Shown here: positions 25,243 through 32,993 of the stretch, one piece after another
Numbering within the stretch: position 1 is the stretch's first letter
How the letters are laid out: each line of letters starts with the position of its first letter
From: Gammaproteobacteria bacterium
GTDB taxonomy: Bacteria; Pseudomonadota; Gammaproteobacteria; Natronospirales; REEB76
Length of the DNA: 64,000 bases
Direction: 5' to 3'
Assembly: GCA_049698775.1 (NCBI GenBank)
Contig: JBAVYM010000009.1
Coordinates: 5,020-69,019, forward strand
The notes under the pieces: model-generated
Told to the model about the DNA's origin: nothing
The model's database searches: none
What the model saw: the letters and a program-made list of their open reading frames with translations, nothing else
Translations under genes and position numbers: made by a program

Positions 25243-25497
25243 CGTAAGAGACTTCCTGTCAATACCGCGCGCCTCATGTTCTGGCCTTGAGCTTTCAGGC
25301 ATTTGCTGTTCAGCGTGGTGTTCTCGTGGCCGAATGCGGCTTCGTCAGTTCGATGCGGTGTTGCAACGTTGCCAGACTGCATTTCCGTAAGCGGTCTTGT
25401 TGCACCGATGGTGCGGGTGCGGACCAGAGTATAAACCGCGTCCGGAGACCTCATTCATCCAGCGGTTTCGTCGGTGTTTCGGAGATCGGCCACCCGG
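25243..25497 (-). mobile_element. Orphan, diverged copy of the IS1111-attC 3' non-coding (guide-RNA) arm, with no transposase; it interrupts the decayed attC of cassette 5
   Basis: Block-wise homology to 21197-~21450: cgtaagagacttcctgtcaa, ttgagctttcaggcatttgct, ttgccagactgcatttccgtaagcggtcttgtt..., ggaccagagtataaaccgcgtccggagacctc. Preceded by the attC start cgctgacagttc. It ends against the 3' end of ltaE. Confidence 0.7.
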
Positions 25498-25514
25498 AAA
25501 GAAGGGCGGCGCAT

Positions 25515-26528
25515 TCAGCCGGCGTGGAAATACGCACGGAATGCCGCAATGACCCGCTCCACATCTGCCGCGCTGACATCCAGGTGCGTAACCAAGCGCA
25601 AATTAGCATTGGGCAGGATCAGAATACTGGCGTTCTTCAAGTGTGCGGTCAGTGGCTGCACATGCTCCGCTGCTATGCTCGCAAAAACCATGTTGGTCTG
25701 CACGGCGGCCGGATCAATTTTTATCTGCTTTATCTGTGCCAGACCTTCAGCAAGTTTCCGGGCATTGGCGTGATCTTCCGCCAAACGTTCAACGTGGTGT
25801 TCCAGCGCGTATAAGCCCGCCGCGGCCAGGACGCCCGCCTGACGCATACCGCCGCCGAGAATCTTACGCGCGCGGTGCGCTTTGCGGATCAGCTCGCGCT
25901 TGCCCACCAGCACCGTGCCGACCGGACAGCCAAGCCCTTTTGAAAGACAGATGGAAACGCTGTCAAAATGGCGGGTGATGTCCTTTACCGGCACGCCGAG
26001 TTTCACCGCCGCGTTGAACACCCGCGCGCCGTCCAGATGGATGCCAAGTCCATGCTGGCGTGCAAAGTCCGCGGCATCTTTGAGATAGGCCAGCGGCAAC
26101 ACGCGGCCGTTCTGGGTGTTTTCCAGCACCAGCAGGCGCGTGCGGGCGAAATGCGCATCATCGGGTTTGATGGCAGCCTTGATTTTTTTCAGGTCCAGCG
26201 TGCCATCGGCTTCATATTCAACGGGGCACGGCCACAAACTTCCCAGTACCGCCGCGCCACCGGCTTCGTATTTGTAGCTGTGGCCGAGTGAGCCGATGAT
26301 GAATTCCTCACCACGTTCACAGTGCGCCATAAGCGCTGCGAGATTGGATTGCGTACCGCTCGGGAAGAACAGACCGGCCTCGTGGCCGGTCAGCTCCGCG
26401 AGTTTTTCCTGCAGGCGATTGACCGTCGGATCGTCGCCGAACACGTCATCGCCTACCTCGGCCGCGGCCATGGCGGCGCGCATCGCCGCCGTCGGCCGCG
26501 TCACCGTATCACTGCGCAAGTCAACCAT
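25515..26528 (-). CDS. ltaE: Low-specificity L-threonine aldolase
   Basis: MVDLRSDTVTRPTAAMRAAMAAAEVGDDVFGDDPTVNRLQEKLAELTGHEAGLFFPSGTQSNL...LENTQNGRV...HLDGARVFNAAV...DSVSICLSKGLG. Confidence 0.9.
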   Translation of the reverse strand: MVDLRSDTVTRPTAAMRAAMAAAEVGDDVFGDDPTVNRLQEKLAELTGHEAGLFFPSGTQSNLAALMAHCERGEEFIIGSLGHSYKYEAGGAAVLGSLWPCPVEYEADGTLDLKKIKAAIKPDDAHFARTRLLVLENTQNGRVLPLAYLKDAADFARQHGLGIHLDGARVFNAAVKLGVPVKDITRHFDSVSICLSKGLGCPVGTVLVGKRELIRKAHRARKILGGGMRQAGVLAAAGLYALEHHVERLAEDHANARKLAEGLAQIKQIKIDPAAVQTNMVFASIAAEHVQPLTAHLKNASILILPNANLRLVTHLDVSAADVERVIAAFRAYFHAG

Positions 26529-26557
26529 ATTGGCCGTGCTGAAAGCACACTTCGTTC

Positions 26558-26583
26558 TCTCTCCCCCTAAAAGGGGGGAGAGA
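26558..26583 (-). terminator. Stable hairpin downstream of the skp-like gene (possible terminator/REP-type hairpin)
   Basis: tctctccccc-taaaag-gggggagaga, 10-bp perfect stem. No clear T-run on the minus strand, hence low confidence as a terminator. Confidence 0.4.
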
Positions 26584-26600
26584 CAAAAGTGAAGGGGTGA

Positions 26601-27173
26601 TTAACCTCCGCCACTCTTCGCGGCAGGCGCCTTGCTCTGCTGCTGTTTCTGCGCCTGCGCCCAATCTTTGTCCAGGGCATCGGTCAGGCCTTGAGTCACA
26701 TCGTATTTGCCCGAGGCATACACCGCACCAGCGGCATCCTTGCTGAGCAGGATGTCGTAACGGTGGGTCTTGGCATATTGGTCCAGCACCTTGCCCAGTT
26801 CCTGTTCGATGGGTTGCAATAATTCCTGACGGCGCTGCTCCAGATCCTGGCGGCTCATCAGCACGTATTGCTGCAGGTTATTGCGGCTGTCATCGTAGCT
26901 CTTCTGCAATTGCTGGTAATTCGCGGCTTTTGAATCGGTCTTGTCCAGTTGCTGCTTCAATACGTTCAGCTTGTTATTCTGATCGTTGGCCTGGTCCTGG
27001 AATTTCTTGACGATGGTCTGCAATTGCTGGTTGGCTTGCTGGCCCGCCTGGGATTTGGCGAGCACTTCCTGAAGATTGACGACGCCGATGCGCGGCGCTT
27101 CCGCGGCTTGCGCCGAAGTCATTGAAAACGCAGCGACCGCCAGTACGCCGGCGGCAAGAAATCCGTAACGCAT
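26601..27173 (-). CDS. OmpH/Skp-family periplasmic chaperone
   Basis: Internal ATG 27173 gives MRYGFLAAGVLAVAAFSMTSAQAAEAPRIGVVNLQEVLAKSQAGQQANQQLQ..., coiled-coil Q/K/D-rich body. Confidence 0.8.
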   Translation of the reverse strand: MRYGFLAAGVLAVAAFSMTSAQAAEAPRIGVVNLQEVLAKSQAGQQANQQLQTIVKKFQDQANDQNNKLNVLKQQLDKTDSKAANYQQLQKSYDDSRNNLQQYVLMSRQDLEQRRQELLQPIEQELGKVLDQYAKTHRYDILLSKDAAGAVYASGKYDVTQGLTDALDKDWAQAQKQQQSKAPAAKSGGG

Positions 27174-27292
27174 GATGGAATACTCCTGAAATGTGGGAAT
27201 AGACAAAGCCCGCCGGGTGGCGGGGCAGGTGGAAAGCACGTCTAGGATAACGCACCCAGGGCGGTGCGGACTACCGCACCGCCCCGCGATGC

Positions 27293-27694
27293 TCAGGCTT
27301 TTTTCAGGTTCACAAACAGATTGATGGTAAAAAACAGGATGCCGATAACCGCCAACACTGCGCCCACCGCCACCACCGGTATGGCTCCCACATGGCCGCT
27401 ATTCACGAAAAACAGGCCGATGACAAATATCGGCAGACCGATATTGTGCAACCAGAAATGGGCCAACCCCAGCCAGTGGCCGCCGGCTCGGGGGCATAGC
27501 CAGTAAATGACACCCGCAAGACCCAGCGAAGCCCAGCCCAACAGGTTGATGTGGGCGTGCACCGGGGCGTACTGGAATTGATGGCTCAGGCCCATGACCA
27601 GACCGAAAATCACCCCGATCAGCAGATACAGCACGGCGATTTTCAGCCAGATTGGCGCCATGCGAGCGCCGCGCTGTTCGATAAGACTGTCCAT
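27293..27694 (-). CDS. Small His-rich 4-TM membrane protein (133 aa), function unknown
   Basis: ATG 27694 is preceded by a perfect aaggag. MDSLIEQRGARMAPIWLKIAVLYLLIGVIFGLVMG...PVHAHINLLGWASLGLAGVIYWL...HFWLHNIGLPIFVIGLFF. Confidence 0.6.
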   Translation of the reverse strand: MDSLIEQRGARMAPIWLKIAVLYLLIGVIFGLVMGLSHQFQYAPVHAHINLLGWASLGLAGVIYWLCPRAGGHWLGLAHFWLHNIGLPIFVIGLFFVNSGHVGAIPVVAVGAVLAVIGILFFTINLFVNLKKA

Positions 27695-27847
27695 AACTAA
27701 CTCCTTGTCTTGATTTGCAATTTCGTTTACGGGCGCCGCCGTCTGACGGCGCCCGGCGCAGCATATCAGAGCGGCGGTTGAACCCACAGCCTGCTCTGGT
27801 GTCATACTTGCCACCCTTTTCGCTTTCATAACAAAAGGAATATACCC

Positions 27848-30800
27848 ATGTTCCGGAACTGCTTTTCCCTTCGGGCCGTATGGCTGCCCGCTTTGATCCT
27901 CCTAGGTTTGGCGGCAGGCACCGCCCAAGCCAGCAATACCCTCATGCGCTATCCCACTCTGCACGGTGATTCCGTGGTGTTTGAGGCGCATAGCAATCTG
28001 TGGGAAGTGAACCGTGCCGGCGGTACCGCCCGCCGGCTCACCACCGACCCCGGTTTCGATATCATGCCGCGCTTCTCGCCAGACGGGCAGTGGATCGCCT
28101 TCACCGGCCAGTACCGCGGCAACACCGACGTGTATGTGATTCCCGCGGGCGGCGGCAACGCCAAGCGCCTCACCTTCCATTCCGACGTGGTGGCAAACGC
28201 GCCGCTGCGCTGGGGACCGGACAACATGGTGGTCACCTGGACGCCGGACAGCAAAAACATCGTGTTCCTGTCACGCCGCACCACCTTCAATTCCTGGTTC
28301 GGCCAGTTATTCACGGTGCCGCTAGACGGCGGACTGCCCACACAACTGCCGCTGCCCAAAGGCGGCATGCTGACCTATTCGCCAGACGGACAATCCATCG
28401 CTTATAACCGCATCTTCCGCAACTTCCGCACCTGGAAGCGCTACAAGGGTGGTTTGGCGCAGGACGTGTGGCTGTACAACTTCGCCACCAAGAAAAGCAC
28501 GCGTGTCACCGATTATCCCGGCGCCGACATGGACCCCATGTGGTACGGGCATGTGATTTATTTCATTTCCGACCGCGGCCCGGAGGAACGCAAAAATCTT
28601 TGGGTCTATGATCTGAACACCAAACAGTTCCGCCAGGTCACGCACTTCAAGGATTTCGACATTGACTGGCCGAGCCTCGGCGACACCGGTATCGCGTTCC
28701 AGGATGGCGGCGATCTCTACGTCATGGACCTGCCGTCCGAACAACTGCACAAGCTCGACGTGAGCGTACCGGACGACGGTAGCCGCACCGGTCTGCGCTG
28801 GGTGGACGCCTCCAAATACATCCAGGTGATGGATACCGCAGGCGACACCAATCTGGCGCTTTCGCCCAATGGCAAGCGCGCGCTGTTGCAGGCACGCGGC
28901 GACATCTGGTCGCTGCCGAAAGAGCACGGTCCAAGCCGTGACTTGACCGACACCAGCAACTCCGAGGAGGAATATCCTGCCTGGTCGCCGGACGGCAAAT
29001 GGATCACCTACGCCACCGACATTAGTGGCGAAGACCAGATCGCGGTGCGTCCGGCCGATAATTCCGGCCCGCAACAAACTCTGACCAATTTCAAAACCGG
29101 CTATTTCTACGGTCCCAGTTGGTCGCCCGCAAGCGACATGCTCGCGTTCTCGGACAACGAGCATCGCCTGTGGTATCTCAACGTGAAGAGCCGCAAGCTC
29201 ACGCAGGTGGCGCAGGACAAGTACAGCGAGATGCACGACTACAGTTGGTCGCCGGACGGACGCTGGCTCGCTTACAGCGTCACCGCGCCGAACCAGATGC
29301 GCCAGATTTATCTCTACAATCTGGCGGACGACCAAGCGACGCTCATTAGCTCGCCCATGGACAACGATCAGGGTCCGGTGTTCGATCCGGATGGCAAGTA
29401 CCTGTATTTCGTATCCGCACGTCACGAGAACCCGACCTTCAGCCAAAGCGAGTTCAACATCGCGACCTTGCAGATGGACGGCGTGTATGTCACCACGCTG
29501 ACCAAGGATGAGGCTTCGCCGTTCGCGCCGCGCAATGACGAAGGCACGCTTTCGGAACAGAAAGAGCAGAAGCCCGGCGAATGGAAACCGGGCAACAGCA
29601 AGCCCATCAAGATTGATCTCGATGGCCTGATGGCGCGCGCCGTACCGCTGCCGATTCCGGCAGCCAATATCTCGGGGCTTACCGCGACGCCGGGCCACGT
29701 GTTCTACAGCACCACACCCAACCAAACCATCGCCGGACCGCTGACCGGCATGCAGCCGGAATTGCATGTCTATGATCTCGCTAAGCGTGAGGACAAGACG
29801 CTGGTGACGGGCCTGGCCGGCTGGACGCTTTCAGCCGACGGCTCCACGATTCTCTACAACAACCCCGACGGCAAACTGTTCACGCAGGACGCCATGCCGG
29901 ATGCGAAACCCAAGCCGCTCGACACCTCGCACATGTGGGTGCAGATCAATCCGGTCGCGGAATGGAACGAGATGTATCACATGGCCTGGCGGCTGGACCG
30001 GGATTTCTTCGTCAACCGCAAGATGAACGGTGTGGACTGGGATGCGGTGCAGGCCAAGTACTCGAAGCTCCTGCCGCTCATGGGTTCGCGTGAGGATTTG
30101 AATTATTTCATCGGCCAGACCATCGGCGAACTCAGCAACTCCCACACCTATGTGGGTGGCGGCGACATGGATTACGCCGTGCACCGCACGCCGACGGGCT
30201 TGCTGGGCGTGGATTTCGGCCTGGATGAAAATTCCGGCCGCTATTACTTCAAAACGATTTACCCCGGCGACAACACTCGCGAAAACTACCGCTCGCCCTT
30301 GACTGAGCCGGGCGTAAATGTGAAAACCGGCGATTATCTGCTGGCGGTGAATGGCCGCGAGTTGAAAGCACCCGTGAATCCCTACAGCCTATTCGTGGAC
30401 ACCGCCAACGATGACGTGGAACTCACCATCGCGGACAATGCCGCCGGCAAGAACACGCGCCGGGTGCTGATCAAGACCATCCCCAATGAACTGGACATCC
30501 GCCTCAAGGCCTGGATAGATCATAATCGCGAAGAGGTAAACAAGCTCTCAGGCGGCCAGATCGGTTACATCTATATGTCCGATATGGAAGCCCAGGGCAT
30601 GGACCAGTTCATCCGCCAGTTCTACCCGCAGCTCACCAAGCAGGGCCTGATCATAGATGACCGCTACAACGGCGGCGGTTTCATTGACCAGATCGTGCTG
30701 GAGCGACTGCGGCGGGTATTGATCGGCATGAACAGCGACCGTCAGCAGATCGCCTCGCCGATCCCGCAGCAGGTGAGCAACAGTTACAAGGTGACGCTCA

Positions 30801-31171
30801 TCAACCACTACTCGGCGTCCGACGGCGACATCTTCCCGTATTTCTTCAGGAAATACGGCTTGGGGCCGTTGATCGGCACCCGCACTTGGGGCGGGGTGCG
30901 TGGCATCCGCGGGCCATGGCCGCTGCTCGACAACGGCTACATCACCATCCCCGAAAGCACCATGTACGGCCTCGACTCCCAGTGGGTAATCGAAAACCAT
31001 GGCGTGGATCCGGACATGGAAGTGGACGATCTGCCGGAGGATGTTATGCGCGGCTACGACGCACAACTGCACACCGCGGTGGATTACCTGATGGGGAAAA
31101 TCAAGGCGCATCCGCTGCACCTGCCGCCGCCGCCGCTGATCCCGGCCTATCCGCCGCCGGGCCACGACTGA
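27848..31171 (+). CDS. Tricorn protease homolog (beta-propellers + PDZ + S41 peptidase), secreted, 1107 aa
   Basis: Signal peptide, then LMRYPTLHGDSVVFEAHSNLWEVNRAGGTARRLTTDPGFDIMPRFSPDGQWIAFTGQYRGNTDVYVIPAGGG. C-terminal S41 region ...INHYSASDGDIFPYFFRKYGLGPLIGTRTWGG. Confidence 0.85.
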   Translation: MFRNCFSLRAVWLPALILLGLAAGTAQASNTLMRYPTLHGDSVVFEAHSNLWEVNRAGGTARRLTTDPGFDIMPRFSPDGQWIAFTGQYRGNTDVYVIPAGGGNAKRLTFHSDVVANAPLRWGPDNMVVTWTPDSKNIVFLSRRTTFNSWFGQLFTVPLDGGLPTQLPLPKGGMLTYSPDGQSIAYNRIFRNFRTWKRYKGGLAQDVWLYNFATKKSTRVTDYPGADMDPMWYGHVIYFISDRGPEERKNLWVYDLNTKQFRQVTHFKDFDIDWPSLGDTGIAFQDGGDLYVMDLPSEQLHKLDVSVPDDGSRTGLRWVDASKYIQVMDTAGDTNLALSPNGKRALLQARGDIWSLPKEHGPSRDLTDTSNSEEEYPAWSPDGKWITYATDISGEDQIAVRPADNSGPQQTLTNFKTGYFYGPSWSPASDMLAFSDNEHRLWYLNVKSRKLTQVAQDKYSEMHDYSWSPDGRWLAYSVTAPNQMRQIYLYNLADDQATLISSPMDNDQGPVFDPDGKYLYFVSARHENPTFSQSEFNIATLQMDGVYVTTLTKDEASPFAPRNDEGTLSEQKEQKPGEWKPGNSKPIKIDLDGLMARAVPLPIPAANISGLTATPGHVFYSTTPNQTIAGPLTGMQPELHVYDLAKREDKTLVTGLAGWTLSADGSTILYNNPDGKLFTQDAMPDAKPKPLDTSHMWVQINPVAEWNEMYHMAWRLDRDFFVNRKMNGVDWDAVQAKYSKLLPLMGSREDLNYFIGQTIGELSNSHTYVGGGDMDYAVHRTPTGLLGVDFGLDENSGRYYFKTIYPGDNTRENYRSPLTEPGVNVKTGDYLLAVNGRELKAPVNPYSLFVDTANDDVELTIADNAAGKNTRRVLIKTIPNELDIRLKAWIDHNREEVNKLSGGQIGYIYMSDMEAQGMDQFIRQFYPQLTKQGLIIDDRYNGGGFIDQIVLERLRRVLIGMNSDRQQIASPIPQQVSNSYKVTLINHYSASDGDIFPYFFRKYGLGPLIGTRTWGGVRGIRGPWPLLDNGYITIPESTMYGLDSQWVIENHGVDPDMEVDDLPEDVMRGYDAQLHTAVDYLMGKIKAHPLHLPPPPLIPAYPPPGHD

Positions 31172-31200
31172 AAATCGCCAGAACGATAACGGTGAATGTT

Positions 31201-31231
31201 TGCGGCGGCCATCCGGCCGCCGCATTTTTTT
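31201..31231 (+). terminator. Rho-independent terminator of the tricorn-like gene
   Basis: tgcggcggcc-atcc-ggccgccgca (10-bp perfect stem) followed by ttttttt (31225-31231). Confidence 0.85.
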
Positions 31232-31403
31232 GCGCACGCAGTCAATACGAGATCAGCCGATCCGCTGCCCAGGTGTCCGGTCGGACACTTCGGCATGTCC
31301 GCGGGCGCCATCAATGCCGCTTTCATGGATGCAACATGCAATCACATGGTGGTTCTATGGCCTGAATACAGGCCCGGCGACCGGAGAAACTCACTGCGAA
31401 GAT

Positions 31404-31419
31404 TGGCACGCGGCTTGCT
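31404..31419 (+). promoter_or_regulatory. Sigma-54 (-24/-12) promoter upstream of the HlyD/ABC exporter operon
   Basis: tTGGCACgcggcTTGCTt matches YTGGCACGrNNNTTGCW. It lies 12 nt before ATG 31431. The candidate activator gene with GAFTGA is in the same cluster. Confidence 0.7.
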
Positions 31420-31430
31420 TGATGGTTTGC

Positions 31431-32738
31431 ATGAGCACAAACAACCCAAAAAAAATCGTCAGTATCCACGATAACACCGCTAGCCAGGACGTGGCGATTG
31501 ACAACCGGGCGCATCGCCGACGCAAGCGCCTGTTCCTAATAGGCGGCAGCGTGATTTTGCTGGTGGTGCTGGGGCTGTTGGTGCCGGCAATCATGCGCAT
31601 GCTCTCCGCGGATGCCTCGGTCAGCACCTCACGGTTGCAGTTCGCCACCGTCGAACGCGGCCTGTTTGTGCGTGACATCGCTGCCGACGGGCGCGTGGTC
31701 GCGGCGGTCAGCCCAACCCTGTACGCGACCGCGGGCGGCGCAGTGACGCTGAAGGTGCACGCCGGTGACAGCGTGAAGAAAGGTCAGGTGCTGGCGGTGA
31801 TTGACAGTCCCGAATTGACCAGCAAGCTCGCACAGGAGGAGAACAACGCCGACGCGCTGCAGGTGGCGTACGAGCAGGCCAAAGTGGACGCCCGCCAGCA
31901 GCGTTTCAAACTGCAGGAGACATTCGATAACGCACAAATCGACGAGCAGAGCGCCGCGCGCGATCTGGCTCGCTACAAGCAAGCCTTCGAATTGGGCGCG
32001 GTGTCAAAGATGGACTTGGACCATTACAGCGATGCCCTGGAGAAGGCGCAGATCGCGCTGCACCACGCACACGATAACCTGGGCATGGACAACGACAGTC
32101 TCAATCTGGAGATCAAGGCCAAGAAACTGGCATTTCAGCGCCAGACGCTACTGGTCAAGGACCTGCAACGCCAGGTGGGCGACTTGAACGAGCAATCGCC
32201 GGTCAACGGCCAGGTTGGGCAATTGTTCATCGCGCAGACCGCGACGGTCGCCAAGGACGCCAAGCTGCTGACCGTGGTGGATCTGTCCGCGCTGGAGGTG
32301 GAAGTGACGGTGCCGGAAAGTTTCGCACGCGATCTCGCGCCCGGCATGCCCGCCGATATCAGCGGCAACGACCGTGACTGGAAAGGCGCGGTCAGCGCAA
32401 TCTCGCCGGAAGTGGTCAACGGCGAAGTCGTGGCGCGCGTGCGTTTCGAGGGCGGCAAGCCGCAGCAGTTGCGTCAGAACCAGCGTCTCTCGGTACGCAT
32501 CCTGCTCGACAAGCGCGACAACGTGCTGACCGTGACGCGCGGCTCGTTTGTTGATGAATCCGGCGGCCGTTACGCCTACGTGGTGCGCGAAGGCATCGCC
32601 TACAAGGCGCCAGTGACGCTCGGACCCAGCTCCATCGACAAGGTCGAAATTCTGCAAGGGCTGAAGGCCGGAGACAAGGTCGTGATTTCCGGCACCGACA
32701 GCTTCAGCGGCGCTGCGCGCGTGGCCATCAGCAATTAA
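31431..32738 (+). CDS. HlyD/MacA-family periplasmic adaptor (membrane fusion protein)
   Basis: N-terminal TM (RLFLIGGSVILLVVLGLLVPAI), coiled-coil hairpin and beta-barrel motifs (GQVLAVIDSPEL..., VTVPESFARDLAPGMPADI). Start is uncertain (ATG 31431 or GTG 31491), and the ORF-track start 31200 is rejected because it spans the terminator. Confidence 0.8.
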   Translation: MSTNNPKKIVSIHDNTASQDVAIDNRAHRRRKRLFLIGGSVILLVVLGLLVPAIMRMLSADASVSTSRLQFATVERGLFVRDIAADGRVVAAVSPTLYATAGGAVTLKVHAGDSVKKGQVLAVIDSPELTSKLAQEENNADALQVAYEQAKVDARQQRFKLQETFDNAQIDEQSAARDLARYKQAFELGAVSKMDLDHYSDALEKAQIALHHAHDNLGMDNDSLNLEIKAKKLAFQRQTLLVKDLQRQVGDLNEQSPVNGQVGQLFIAQTATVAKDAKLLTVVDLSALEVEVTVPESFARDLAPGMPADISGNDRDWKGAVSAISPEVVNGEVVARVRFEGGKPQQLRQNQRLSVRILLDKRDNVLTVTRGSFVDESGGRYAYVVREGIAYKAPVTLGPSSIDKVEILQGLKAGDKVVISGTDSFSGAARVAISN

Positions 32739-32836
32739 GAACCAGGAACAGGGAATCGGAATGCATCCATCCATCTACCGCGTGGCTGACCACCTCGCTC
32801 GTCTTTCCGGGCTATCCTGGCTTCATCGGGATGGAA

Positions 32837-32935
32837 CCCGGAATCCAGCATCTTCATTTTTCCGCATCGCCGCAAAGCAAAGTTGCCGGATTCCCGCTTG
32901 CGCGGCAATGACCAGCTTCGGATCACGCGAATCCT
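32837..32935. repeat. REP/MITE-like hairpin repeat cluster in the adaptor-ATPase intergenic spacer
   Basis: cccggaatccagcatc (32837-32852) and hairpin attcccgc-ttgc-gcggcaat (32890-32909, 7/8 bp) belong to the same family as 45308-45389 (attcccgcc...ggcgggaatccagcaatatc). Confidence 0.5.
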
Positions 32936-32993
32936 GGATCCCGAACCCCGGCTTTAGCCAATATCCATCACCTCACAAAAAGGAATCTTTGCC

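Noticed and set aside
28322-29767. Very long antisense ORFs (this 481-aa one inside the tricorn gene; likewise 36339-37742, 48814-50214, 52654-54465, 59260-60636, 62054-63871, 33369-34265 and many 60-250 aa ORFs)
   Set aside because: They are typical shadow ORFs of high-GC coding regions. They are Arg/Ala/Gly/His-rich with low complexity and no recognisable motifs. Each lies opposite a gene with clear family signatures.
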